Of a DNA stretch of 64,000 nt, positions 39,401-48,280 are shown piece after piece. The stretch covers positions 87,780 through 151,779 of the forward strand of contig OZ244195.1 in NCBI GenBank assembly GCA_965216685.1, read 5' to 3'. The notes under the pieces are model-generated. The model was not told where the DNA came from. It saw only the letters and a program-made list of their open reading frames with translations, and ran no database searches. The position numbers and the translations under genes were made by a program. The stretch comes from Acidimicrobiales bacterium. GTDB taxonomy: Bacteria > Actinomycetota > Acidimicrobiia > Acidimicrobiales > SZUA-35. Position 1 is the stretch's first letter. Every line of letters starts with the position of its first letter.

Positions 39401-39627
39401 CAGAGCCCATCGGGTCCCGGAGTCATGTCGGTCAGCATGCACTCGACGTCCCACTCGGTGGCGCAGCCCAGCTCGTCCATCAGCGATCCCATGACGGTCA
39501 CCCGATCCGGAGTCTCGGTGTGATCGCCGGCAGCCGGAAGCGCGGCCAGAGGAACGAGCATGGAGATGGCGGCCAATGCCACGAGCCAACGCTTGCGGAC
39601 AGGGCGGGGCGGGCGGAGGATCGTCAC
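36418..39627 (-). CDS. Secreted GH13 alpha-amylase-family glycoside hydrolase with three Cys-pair carbohydrate-binding-like modules
   Basis: Track ORF 36418..39978 is trimmed to GTG 39627, downstream of GAAAGG, which gives the signal peptide MTILRPPRPVRKRWLVALAAISMLVPLAALPAAG. GH13 regions are present (DRFANGD, GYHGYW, DIITNHT, GFRIDTVKH, FGEV, FLGNHD). Confidence 0.85.
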   Translation of the reverse strand: MTILRPPRPVRKRWLVALAAISMLVPLAALPAAGDHTETPDRVTVMGSLMDELGCATEWDVECMLTDMTPGPDGLWTLTADVPAGSYEYKVRMNGSWDESYGLDGGPDNIPLILAGDATLVFTYDHDSHLVTVAPAAAPEPVNAGDEALAADSLREDLTRERFYFVMADRFANGDPSNDTGGFVVPDGTPESEARYVHGYDPTDTAYFHGGDLQGLIDQLDYIEGLGTTAIWLTPSFKNKPVQGVGDSRAAGYHGYWITDYTSIDPHLGSNDDMRALVDAAHDRGIKVFFDIITNHTADVITYDRSAYSPEGELRYVPKEDAPYLTADGEPFDDADYAGGDSFPEVDLDSFPYPPIVPADEADLKIPSWLNDPIYYHNRGTSTFSGESDTYGDFPSGPFSALDDLWTEHPRVVEGMIDIYTTWVGDVGIDGFRIDTVKHVNIEFWQQFSAGLLAYADSIGNDDFFMFGEVFDGNPAFVSRYTTEGTLQAAADFGFQGSAARFARGGEANRLQGFFAADDYYTDADSNVYSLPTFLGNHDMGRIGSFLVADGISESEALARDELAHALMFLTRGQPVVYYGDEQGFNAPPDVPGGIGDQRAREDMFPSQTALYNSYDLLGTDATTAEANFDTGHPLYQRIAELSDLVERHPTLADGAQIHRHADETAGVYAFSRIAPDDGHEYIVALNNDTADHSAVVSTWSANAPVELLWSSADVNTRGRTPQVGRNGEFSIEVPALSATVWRVRRPIVRGADGPTVTAAGPVAAGAVAGRAEIAADVEADTFTQVTFAWRPVGTGEWQLLGTDDNAPFRVFHDVSAMELGSLVEYRMIAHDHAGRLAVAQAHATVVAPAVPGGGGGSDGVVVQPDRVTTPGTFQDQLGCENEWDPPCQNIDLVLDDEDLVWSATFAIPAGSYAYKVAINGSWDENYGAAGVRDGPNITLEADGDPITFWYSHATNWVTNSVETPNLFTVPGNFQSELGCPGDWQPDCMRSWLQDRDGDGIWTFRTRLIPAGDYEAKVAQDLSWDVNWGEGGVPDGPNIGFSVADGQGVEFSFDGETKVLSITNYTPDD

Positions 39628-39733
39628 AGGATCAACCTTTCGAGGTGGTGGTTCGAACCATACATGGTTCAAGGCCCGCCCAGCGCCGCCAGTGATTCTA
39701 AGCCTGGTCTCGGGGTGAAGCAAGAAGCAGCGG

Positions 39734-42286
39734 CTACAACCGGGGATCGACCGGCTCACTCTCCAGGGCCAACACCGCGAAGACGCACTCATGGACCCGG
39801 AACAGGTGCTCCCGGGCCACGAACCGGTCGAGCGCCTCGATGCCCAGTGCGAACTCCCGTCGGGCCAGGGAACGTTTGTGGCGAAGCGAACGGCGCCGAA
39901 GCCGTTCCAGGTTCTCAGGGGCCAGATATTCAGGGCCGTAGATGATCCGCAGGTACTCCCGTCCCCGGCATTTGACACCGGGCAGGACCAGGCCCTTCTC
40001 CCCCACCACGATCGGCTCGGCCGGCTTCACCACCATCCCTTCGCCACCGGCCGAGGTCATCTCAACCCACCATTCGGTGGCCGCTTCCACCTCGTCGTCG
40101 ACGGAGAGATCGACGAAGCGCCGATCGGTGGCCCGCAACACCTTGGGGTTGGCGTCGACCATGGCGTCGATGACGCCGAGGTGCCAGCGGTGGGGACGGC
40201 GGGCCAACACCTCGCCTTCGGCGGCCAGAATCTGGAAGGGGGCGATCTCCACCCCGTCGGCTCCCTCGACGTCCCAGCAGTAGCGACGATAGGCGTCGAT
40301 GTAGGAGCTGACGCTTTCGTGCCGATCCGACGTTCTCGTGGCCACAGCCTCGAGGTCCTCCCCTCCCACCCCCCGGCCCATGGCCGCCGCCAGTGCCGAC
40401 CGGGCGGCCGACAACATGGCCGACCCGGCGGCCCCGGTGGCGGCGTACTGGCGCTCGAGCAGCTCCCGGGCCTTGGCCGACCAGGGCAGGATCTCAGCGT
40501 CGACCACCAACCAGTCGGTAGCCAACTGCTCCCACAAGCCGGTGGTCTCGGCCGCCGACCGCAGGCTGTCGAGCAGCGATGCCGTCACCGGCCCGTCGGG
40601 GTCGAAGAACGGGCGTCCGGTGCGGGTCACGATCACCCCGGCCGACTCATTGCTGATACCGAACCGGGCCTGGGCGGCATCGGCGTCCCGGGCCAACACG
40701 AAAACCGCCCGCGACCCCATGTGTTTCTCCTGGCACACCACATTGGCCACGTTGGACCGGCGGAACTCACTGAAAGCCTCGTCCGGGTGTTCCAGGTAGT
40801 CCGGCCGGCTGCTGGTGGCCACCGGGGCCATCGTCGGGGGCAGATGAACCAACCACCGGGGATCGGTGGCGAAGCGGCTCATCACCTCCAGAGCGGCGCT
40901 GGAGCGTTCGGCCCCGATGGTCAACGCCCCGGCCAGGCCGGTCTCCACCCGCTGACGGCCCAGCACATCGCCCACGTCAAGCAGCAGCGGTGGCCGTCCC
41001 GAGGGCCGCTCATCGGCCAACGGACGGATCGGCTCGTAGTACTCACGCTCGGCCGGAATCGACACCAGCTCCCTCTCCGGCCACCGCAGGGCGGTCAACG
41101 AACCGCCGAACACCGCCCCGGTGTCGAGGCAGATGGTGTTGTTCACCCAGTCGGCCGACGGTACCGGGGTGTGGCCGTAGACCACGGTGGCCTTGCCCCG
41201 GTACTCATCGGCCCACGGATAACGAACCGGCAGGCCGAACTCGTCGGTCTCGCCGTCGGTGTCGCCGTACATGGCCAGGCTGCGAACCCGGCCGGAGGTC
41301 CGACCGTGATACCGCTCGGGCAGGCCGGCGTGGGCCACCACCAGCCGGCCGTCGTCGAGAACGTAGTGACTGATCAGTCCATCGATGAACTCGGCCACCT
41401 TGGTTCGGTAGTCGCCAGGGCGGGCATCGATCTGGGCCAGCGACTCGGCCAGCCCGTGGCTGACCTTGACCTTGCGGCCGGCCAGCGCCCGGCCCAGCTT
41501 GTTCTCGTGGTTGCCGACGATGCACAACGCAGTGCCGGCCTCGACCATGGCCATGGCCACGTCCAGAACCTCGGGCGTACCGGGGCCACGGTCGACCAGG
41601 TCGCCGAGAAAGATGACGCGACGGCCGTCGGGATGGCTGATGGGCTCGGCGGCCACGTCGTATCCCAGCCCGGTCAGCAACGCCACCAGCTCGACGTTGC
41701 AGCCGTGGACGTCGCCGATGATGTCGAAGGGACCGTGGTCGTCCCGCCGGTCGTTCCACAGTCTGGTTCGCTCAATCCGGGCGGTGTCGAGTTGGGCTTC
41801 GGTGTCGAAGCGGACAACCCGGCGAATGCGTTCCCGGCTCATCCCTCGCATGCTGCGGCGGAGGTTACGGTGCTGGCGGCGTATGGCGTGGTCGGGGGTC
41901 CGCCGGTCGGCTCGGGTGGCGTTACGTTCCAGGCAGACCGACAGCGGCAGGTCGAAAACGATGGCGGTGAGCAGCACGTCCCACTTGCGGGCCAGGGCGA
42001 CGATCGGTTTACGGTCCTCGGGCTTGATGTTGGTGGCGTCGACCACGGTGAGGCGGCCCACTTGGAGCCGCTTGTCGACGATGTCGTGGAGCAGGGCGAA
42101 GGCGGCGGCGGTCACCGACTGATCGGTTTCGTCGTCGCCCACCAGGGCTCGGCAGCGGTCGCTGGACACGACTTCGGTGTCGGAGAAGTGACGGTGGGCG
42201 AAGGTCGACTTTCCCGAACCGGAGGCCCCGCACAGCATGACCAGGCCCAGTTCTGGTAGTTCGATGGTGGCGTTGAGCTCGGTCAT
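39734..42286 (-). CDS. pnkP: Polynucleotide kinase-phosphatase (kinase + metallophosphoesterase + ligase-like adenylyltransferase)
   Basis: Track ORF 39734..42436 is trimmed to ATG 42286 (MTELNATIELPELG), which overlaps the hen1 stop (ATGA). It has a P-loop (GASGSGKST), phosphoesterase motifs (GDVHGC, GDLVDRG, GNHE) and a ligase-like KHMGS motif. Confidence 0.85.
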   Translation of the reverse strand: MTELNATIELPELGLVMLCGASGSGKSTFAHRHFSDTEVVSSDRCRALVGDDETDQSVTAAAFALLHDIVDKRLQVGRLTVVDATNIKPEDRKPIVALARKWDVLLTAIVFDLPLSVCLERNATRADRRTPDHAIRRQHRNLRRSMRGMSRERIRRVVRFDTEAQLDTARIERTRLWNDRRDDHGPFDIIGDVHGCNVELVALLTGLGYDVAAEPISHPDGRRVIFLGDLVDRGPGTPEVLDVAMAMVEAGTALCIVGNHENKLGRALAGRKVKVSHGLAESLAQIDARPGDYRTKVAEFIDGLISHYVLDDGRLVVAHAGLPERYHGRTSGRVRSLAMYGDTDGETDEFGLPVRYPWADEYRGKATVVYGHTPVPSADWVNNTICLDTGAVFGGSLTALRWPERELVSIPAEREYYEPIRPLADERPSGRPPLLLDVGDVLGRQRVETGLAGALTIGAERSSAALEVMSRFATDPRWLVHLPPTMAPVATSSRPDYLEHPDEAFSEFRRSNVANVVCQEKHMGSRAVFVLARDADAAQARFGISNESAGVIVTRTGRPFFDPDGPVTASLLDSLRSAAETTGLWEQLATDWLVVDAEILPWSAKARELLERQYAATGAAGSAMLSAARSALAAAMGRGVGGEDLEAVATRTSDRHESVSSYIDAYRRYCWDVEGADGVEIAPFQILAAEGEVLARRPHRWHLGVIDAMVDANPKVLRATDRRFVDLSVDDEVEAATEWWVEMTSAGGEGMVVKPAEPIVVGEKGLVLPGVKCRGREYLRIIYGPEYLAPENLERLRRRSLRHKRSLARREFALGIEALDRFVAREHLFRVHECVFAVLALESEPVDPRL

Positions 42287-43689
42287 GGCGCCCCCTCGAT
42301 GCCCCGCCGGAAGACGGCCATCTGGGTTGGGGTTCCGGTGGCGGGATCGTCGGGTCCGATGCCGTCGAAGCGAACAGAGTAGCCGTACTCCTGGCCGACG
42401 GATTCGGCCCATGACCGGAACTCGGCCCGGGTCCACTCGAAGCGGTGGTCACGATGGCGCAGCCGGTTCGGGTCGAGGCCGTCGAAGTTCACGTTGTACT
42501 CCCGGTTGGGGGTGGTCATGATGACGGTCGTCGGGCCGGCGTGACCGAAGAGGACCCGGGCGAACACGTCGAGGCGTTCGCCGTCGATGTGTTCGACCAC
42601 TTCGACCACACAGGCCACGTCGAATCCGGTGAGACGGTCATCGGTGTAGGTGAGCGCCCCCTGGAGAAGCTCGATCCGCTCCCGCCGCCGTTGCGACATC
42701 TGGTCGAGCCGTAACCGACGCTCGGCTCGTTCCAACGCTCCGATGGACACGTCGACGCCGACCAGGTGGGCCACCGAGGGCTCGGCCAGTAGTCGCTGGA
42801 GCAGGCGTCCCTCACCGCATCCCAGGTCGAGCACCCGGCCGCCACCGGCCGCCGCCACCTCGGTGGTGACCGCTTGCAGGCGTTGTTCGTTGAGGCTGAG
42901 CGGCTTCTCGACTTCGGCCTCGGCCCGGTCGTTGGCCTCATCGGCGGCGTCCGAGTCGTCATCCTCCTCGGCCAAGCGGGCCAGGGCCTGACGGGCCAGG
43001 CCGCCGTACCGCAGGTAACGACGGGCGATCAGCTCGTTCTCGGGGTGATCACCCAGCCAGGCCGCCCCCCGCCGTAGCAGCTTGTCGACCTCGGCCGATC
43101 CAATCCAGTAGTGTTTCCGGTCATCCAGCACCGGGAGTAGGACAAAGAGGTGCTCAAGGGCCCGTTGCACCGTCAGACGAGCCCGCAAGGTCAGCTGGAG
43201 GTAGCGGCTGTCGCCCCAGTCGGGGAACTGGGGATCGAGCGGCAGCGGCACCGCCGAGATCTCATAACCCAGCGGCTTGAACAGCCGGTGCAGAACATCT
43301 TGACCGCCCCTGACAGGAACGACCGGTAGTTCGATCTCCAGGTCGAGCGGGGTGGCCACCAACTCGGGTCGGGGTTCACATTTGCCGGCCAGGGCCGAGC
43401 CGTACACCTGGCGCAGGGCGCCACTGAGGATCGACGAGGCGGCGTAGGGCCGGTCGTTCACATAGGGTTCCAGGTTGTGGGCCGGGGCCCCTTTGCGACG
43501 GCGGCTGAGGGCCACCGGGTCGATCTCCACCAGCAGGGTGGCGGTGCAACGGTCGGGCGTGGCCTCGGGATAGAACACGTGGGCCGTGCCGTGACCGACG
43601 CTGACGGTCCGCACCCGATCCGGGTGTTTGTGCAGCAGGTAGCCCAGGTCGGTGGCGTCGGGGGTGGTCGAGGTGATGGACAGCAGCAT
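42283..43689 (-). CDS. hen1: 3'-terminal RNA ribose 2'-O-methyltransferase Hen1
   Basis: 468-aa ORF with a Hen1-type N-terminal domain (MLLSITSTTPDATDLGYLLHKHPDR) and a C-terminal SAM methyltransferase motif (VLDLGCGEGRLL). Confidence 0.85.
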   Translation of the reverse strand: MLLSITSTTPDATDLGYLLHKHPDRVRTVSVGHGTAHVFYPEATPDRCTATLLVEIDPVALSRRRKGAPAHNLEPYVNDRPYAASSILSGALRQVYGSALAGKCEPRPELVATPLDLEIELPVVPVRGGQDVLHRLFKPLGYEISAVPLPLDPQFPDWGDSRYLQLTLRARLTVQRALEHLFVLLPVLDDRKHYWIGSAEVDKLLRRGAAWLGDHPENELIARRYLRYGGLARQALARLAEEDDDSDAADEANDRAEAEVEKPLSLNEQRLQAVTTEVAAAGGGRVLDLGCGEGRLLQRLLAEPSVAHLVGVDVSIGALERAERRLRLDQMSQRRRERIELLQGALTYTDDRLTGFDVACVVEVVEHIDGERLDVFARVLFGHAGPTTVIMTTPNREYNVNFDGLDPNRLRHRDHRFEWTRAEFRSWAESVGQEYGYSVRFDGIGPDDPATGTPTQMAVFRRGIEGAP

Positions 43690-43730
43690 GAGCTATCCAT
43701 TCAACCCCATCGCGGCCCTCCACTTCGGAG

Positions 43731-43775
43731 AATTGCAGTAGAAAACGAGGTTCGCCCTCGTTTTCTACTGCAATT
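43731..43775 (-). terminator. Perfect 20-bp inverted repeat (candidate terminator of the Fe-ADH gene, or an operator upstream of hen1)
   Basis: AATTGCAGTAGAAAACGAGG-ttcgc-CCTCGTTTTCTACTGCAATT. It is AT-rich relative to its surroundings and lies between the ADH stop (43795) and the hen1 start (43689). Confidence 0.5.
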
Positions 43776-43794
43776 TTGTCACGGGGCCGGTGGG

Positions 43795-45102
43795 CTACCA
43801 GTAGCTGAGGGCGCCCCGGTAGAGAGCGGTCAGCTCTTCTTCGTGGATTTCGATGGGCGCGTTGTCGAGCAGGCGGCGCTGCTTGATCGAGCCGGCCACC
43901 AGATCGTCGATGTCGTCCTCCCTATAACCAACGCCGGTCAACCCGTTGGGCATATCGGTCGTCCTCATCAGGTCGATGATGCGGTCGGCCAGTACGTCAC
44001 CGGCCTCGCTCGGGCCGACGTCGGAGGTATCGGCCCCCAGGAACCCTGCTCCGTCACGATGGCGATCGGGGTCGTGGGCCGCCGTTCTCCGGAACACCGA
44101 GGGGGAATTGACGATGACCGACATGCCGTGTGGCACGATGGGAGCTTCGGCCGGATACCCGTCGGGCTGGAAGTCCCGGCACAGCCCGGACACCGAATAC
44201 GACATGCCGTGAGGGGCGTGGCAGCCGGCGTTGCCGAAGGCGATACCGGCCAGGGTGGCGGCCCACATCAGCTTATGGCGGGCTTCGATGTCGCCGGCAT
44301 CGGCCACCCCTCGCTCCAGGTATACACCCAGGAGACGTAGCGCTTCCCGACAACCCAGGTCACTCCACGGGTTGGCTCCCTGGCTGGATGGCCGTAACGA
44401 CGGTGCGGCCGGGGCCGGGCGCCGGGTGTACTGGCGAGCGGTGTAGGACTCAAGGGCGTGGCTGAGCACATCGAAGCCGCTGGCCGCCACCACGTTGGCC
44501 GGCAACGTCAACGTGCAGTCGGGGTCGATGAGAGCCCTGGTCGGCCGCAACATCTTGGAGGCGATGCCCGTCTTGGCCTTCATGTCCAACAGATCGAACA
44601 CGGCGATCCCGGTGCACTCAGATCCGGTCCCCGAGGTGGTGGGGCAGGCGATATGGGGTTTGAGCGGCCCCGGAACCGGTTGGCCCTGGCCGATGGGGGC
44701 GTTGACGTAGGCCAGGAAGTCGGCCGGGTGGGTGGAGTACAGGTTGGCCGCCTTGGTGGTGTCGATCACCGACCCGCCGCCAACCGAGATGAAGCCGTCG
44801 ACCTTGGCGTCAACGGCGAAGACGGTGGCGGCCAGGAACGACTCGTCGGTCGGCTCGACCCGAACCGAGTCGTAGAGGGCGACGTCGACCCCGGCCTGGG
44901 CCAACGAATCCAGGACCGTGGCCACGTGGGCGGTGGAGGCCAACCCGGCGTCGGTCATCACCGCCACCCGGGCCAGGCCCATGCTCTTGGCCAGGTCTCC
45001 GGCCTCGGCCAGACACCCCGGGCCGAAGGTGACGCTTGAAGCATCGATGCTGAAGGCGGTGTCGGCGCCGTCCAGCCCCAACTCGTAATGCTGACAGTGC
45101 AT
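43795..45102 (-). CDS. Iron-containing alcohol dehydrogenase, hydroxyacid-oxoacid transhydrogenase-like
   Basis: Track ORF 43795..45222 is trimmed to ATG 45102 ([10 protein letters not shown]...). The Fe-ADH family pattern is present ([11 protein letters not shown] and His-rich metal-site motifs). Confidence 0.75.
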   Translation of the reverse strand: MHCQHYELGLDGADTAFSIDASSVTFGPGCLAEAGDLAKSMGLARVAVMTDAGLASTAHVATVLDSLAQAGVDVALYDSVRVEPTDESFLAATVFAVDAKVDGFISVGGGSVIDTTKAANLYSTHPADFLAYVNAPIGQGQPVPGPLKPHIACPTTSGTGSECTGIAVFDLLDMKAKTGIASKMLRPTRALIDPDCTLTLPANVVAASGFDVLSHALESYTARQYTRRPAPAAPSLRPSSQGANPWSDLGCREALRLLGVYLERGVADAGDIEARHKLMWAATLAGIAFGNAGCHAPHGMSYSVSGLCRDFQPDGYPAEAPIVPHGMSVIVNSPSVFRRTAAHDPDRHRDGAGFLGADTSDVGPSEAGDVLADRIIDLMRTTDMPNGLTGVGYREDDIDDLVAGSIKQRRLLDNAPIEIHEEELTALYRGALSYW

Positions 45103-45200
45103 TGAACACTCCTCGTCGTGGACCTGGCGTCTCAACAATAATCCGGCCAATCTGGGTACCGGAAATGGACCGACCGCAGACGCAACACCGAGGAGCCCAG

Positions 45201-48098
45201 ATGTCCGGTGGCCAGCCGACACCCGACCGACCGAAGCTGGTCCGCCGCGACAAGGCCACCCGGGTGGTGTACGCCACCGACAACTCCGTCTACCAACGGC
45301 TGCCGGAGGCGGTGGCCGTCCCGGCCACCGTCGCCGAGTTGGCCGACCTCCTGGCCGAGAATCACGCCGCCACCGACCGACTACCGGTCGTGGCCCGGGG
45401 TGGGGGTACGGGAACCAACGGCCAAAGCCTGAGCGACGGTCTCATCGTGGACACCAAACGGCGGCTGTGCCGGATCATCGAGGTCGATGCAACCAACCGC
45501 ATCGCCGTGGTCGAGCCGGGGGTGGTGGCCGACGAACTCAACCGCCGGCTGGCCGACGACGGCCTGTTCTGGGCCCCTCATGCCTCAACCGTCAGTCGGG
45601 CCACCGTCGGCGGCATGATCGCCACCGACGCCGCGGGGAAAGGGTCGATGGTCTACGGTCGCACCAACCGCCACGTGCAATCGGTCGAGCTGCTTCTGGC
45701 CGACGGCTCCCTGTTCCGGGCCGAACCAGTGACCGTAGCCGAAGCCGGGCGCCGGGCCGGCGCCGGTGGACCGGTTGGGCGTATCTGGGAACAACTCCTG
45801 ACTCTCGACCGCTCGGCCATCGACCGGTTCACCCTGCCGGAACTGGCCCGCGGCTTCACCGGATACGGCATCGACCGGCTTCACCAGGACGGCATGATCA
45901 ATCCGGTCCCACTGATCGTCGGGTCGGAAGGAACGTTGGGCATTGTCGTAACGGCCACCTTGACCCTGCAGCCCCTGCCCGCCGACAAGCGGCTGATCGT
46001 CGCCTTCTACTCCAGCTTCGACGACGCTCTGGCCGATGCGGTGGAGTTGCGCCGTACCGGGCCGACCGCCATCGAGACCTTCGACGAACTGACGCTGCAG
46101 GCCGGCCAGGCGTCCCCGGCCTGGGCGGCGTTGGCCGACATTGTCCCCGCCGCGGCACAAGCGGTGCTCCTGATCGAGTTCTCCCGGGTCGACCATCGCC
46201 CCCCGACCGGTTCGAGCTCCGTCGAGCCACTCGATCTGGAGGCCACCACCGAGATGCTGGCCGGCTTGGGCCGCTGCCGGTCATGGTCCGTCATCGACGA
46301 CGGCGAGCAGCAGCGGGCGGCCTGGAAGATCCGGGCCGATGCCGTTGGTCTACTGGCCAAGGTGGAGGTCGGCGGGCCGCAACTGTCGGCCCGGCCCACC
46401 GCTTTCGTCGAGGACTGTGCCGTTCCAGTGGCGGCCATGCGGGACTTCATCGCCGAGTTCCGAGCCATCCTCGACGGTCACGGGCTGACCTATGCCATGT
46501 TCGGGCACGCCGACGTGGGCTGTGTCCACGTCCGTCCGGCACTCGACACCACCGATCCCGCTCACGAGCGAATGCTGGTCGAGGTGTCGGACCAGGTGGT
46601 GGAAGCGGTGGGCCGACACGGTGGTCTGCTGTGGGGCGAGCACGGTCGGGGACTGCGGAGCGCGGCCGTCGACCAGTTCCTCCACCCCGACGTCGTGGCG
46701 GTCATGCGACGGATCAAGACGGCCTTCGACCCCGACGACCTGTTCAACCCGGGCAAGCTCTACCGCCCCGACCACAGTTCAGAACCGCTGCTGACCGTCG
46801 ACGATGTCGCCCTACGAGGCCACTACAACCGATCGGTCCCGGTGGAGGTGCGCCGCCGCTACCACCACGCCTTTGCCTGCAACGGGAATGGCCTGTGTCA
46901 TCACCATCACGAGCAGGAGGTGATGTGCCCGTCGTATCAGGCGACGCGGGATCCGGCGTTGTCGCCCAAGGGTCGGGCCGACCTGATGCGACACTGGCTG
47001 TGGTCGACGGCGAGTGGGCGGACCCACGACGGGCGATTCGAGGACGACCTGGCCGACAATCTCGGCCAGTGCTTGTCCTGTTCGGCCTGCACCGGTCGCT
47101 GCCCGGTCGAGGTCGACATACCCGAACTCAAGTCCCGCTTCCTCGAACGTTACTACTCAGACCGTCGTCGACCCGTCGCCCACTACCTACTCTCCCATTT
47201 TGAACAGGCGGCCACGGTGGCCTCCAGGGTCGCCCCGCTGGCCAACCTGGGGCTCACGGCGATGGCCCGAGCGCTGGGGTTGGTTGATCTGCCGCCCATC
47301 CCGGCCCAGTCACGCCCCGGTCTACGTAGCTTGGCCGAAGCCGAGCGTGATGGTTGTGGCGCCCCGCTCGACCTGGTCGTCGTGCCCGACGTGTTCAGCG
47401 CCGTCCTGGAGCCGGAGGTGCTGGCCGCGACCGGTGCCGTGCTGGCGGCACTCGGCTACCAGACAGCCCTGGCCGATCTGGTCCCGTCGGGCAAGTTCGA
47501 CCACGTCAAGGGCCGCCGTCCGGCCTTCACGCGGGCTGCCCGGAGACAGGCCGATCTCATCGAGCGGGTGCGGGCGACCGGAGCCAAGGCCGTGGTCCTC
47601 GAGCCGGCCACATCGCTCCTCCACCACCATGAATACCGCCTCATCGATCCCGGCTATCCGTCCGAGGCCGTTGTCGGTCTGGCCACCGTGGTGGCCGACC
47701 GTCGCCACCGCCTACCCCGGGCCAACCGGCATGGTCACGGTCGGGCCGGGTCGGTCCGGCTTCTCGGTCATTGCGCCGAGCAGGCCATCGGCCCCGGCTG
47801 GCTGCTCGAATGGACCGGGGCCTTAGCGGCGGCGGGATTCGACGTCGACGCCGGGCCGGTGGGCTGTTGTGGCATGGCCGGTATCTTCGGCCACGAGAAG
47901 GATAACCAGGAACTGTCGAAAGCGGTGTGGAACGCCGCCTGGGCCGGGGAGATCGAGGCGGCCCGCTCGGGCCCGGCTCCGGTGACGGTGGCGGCCACCG
48001 GGTACTCCTGTCGCTCCCAATCGGCTCGGCTGGCCGGTGTCAGGCCGGTCCACCCCATCGTCCTATTGGCCCAAACGCTGGGCCGGCCGTCGTCCTGA
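45201..48098 (+). CDS. FAD-binding + 4Fe-4S + CCG-domain oxidoreductase (YdiJ/D-2-hydroxyacid dehydrogenase-like)
   Basis: Track ORF 45102..48098 is trimmed to ATG 45201, downstream of AGGAG. It has an FAD_binding_4-like N-terminus ([14 protein letters not shown]), an Fe-S motif ([12 protein letters not shown]) and a C-terminal Cys-rich domain (CCGMAG). Confidence 0.8.
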   Translation: MSGGQPTPDRPKLVRRDKATRVVYATDNSVYQRLPEAVAVPATVAELADLLAENHAATDRLPVVARGGGTGTNGQSLSDGLIVDTKRRLCRIIEVDATNRIAVVEPGVVADELNRRLADDGLFWAPHASTVSRATVGGMIATDAAGKGSMVYGRTNRHVQSVELLLADGSLFRAEPVTVAEAGRRAGAGGPVGRIWEQLLTLDRSAIDRFTLPELARGFTGYGIDRLHQDGMINPVPLIVGSEGTLGIVVTATLTLQPLPADKRLIVAFYSSFDDALADAVELRRTGPTAIETFDELTLQAGQASPAWAALADIVPAAAQAVLLIEFSRVDHRPPTGSSSVEPLDLEATTEMLAGLGRCRSWSVIDDGEQQRAAWKIRADAVGLLAKVEVGGPQLSARPTAFVEDCAVPVAAMRDFIAEFRAILDGHGLTYAMFGHADVGCVHVRPALDTTDPAHERMLVEVSDQVVEAVGRHGGLLWGEHGRGLRSAAVDQFLHPDVVAVMRRIKTAFDPDDLFNPGKLYRPDHSSEPLLTVDDVALRGHYNRSVPVEVRRRYHHAFACNGNGLCHHHHEQEVMCPSYQATRDPALSPKGRADLMRHWLWSTASGRTHDGRFEDDLADNLGQCLSCSACTGRCPVEVDIPELKSRFLERYYSDRRRPVAHYLLSHFEQAATVASRVAPLANLGLTAMARALGLVDLPPIPAQSRPGLRSLAEAERDGCGAPLDLVVVPDVFSAVLEPEVLAATGAVLAALGYQTALADLVPSGKFDHVKGRRPAFTRAARRQADLIERVRATGAKAVVLEPATSLLHHHEYRLIDPGYPSEAVVGLATVVADRRHRLPRANRHGHGRAGSVRLLGHCAEQAIGPGWLLEWTGALAAAGFDVDAGPVGCCGMAGIFGHEKDNQELSKAVWNAAWAGEIEAARSGPAPVTVAATGYSCRSQSARLAGVRPVHPIVLLAQTLGRPSS

Positions 48099-48216
48099 CG
48101 GGCGGCGTTTGACGATCGATAGACAAGAATGTACCGTTATTCGGTCATTGTTCGTTAGACGGCCTAACGGGGTAACAGGGGAAAGGCGGCCGCCAAACCA
48201 TCAGCGAACGTGGCAC

Positions 48217-48235
48217 CGGCCGGAAGTTCCGGCCG
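48217..48235. promoter_or_regulatory. Palindrome upstream of the TRAP operon (candidate operator or leader hairpin)
   Basis: CGGCCGGAA-G-TTCCGGCCG lies 46 nt upstream of GTG 48281. A possible promoter, TTGACG (48109-48114)-N17-TACCGT (48132-48137), lies further upstream. Confidence 0.25.
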
Positions 48236-48280
48236 ATACAACCGTCGGGAGCAAGAAGGACGGCGGGGAAGGGGAACAAC

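Noticed and set aside
39791-42259. 822-aa plus-strand ORF
   Set aside because: It is antisense to Pnkp, which has P-loop, phosphoesterase and ligase motifs. The ORF has no recognisable domains.
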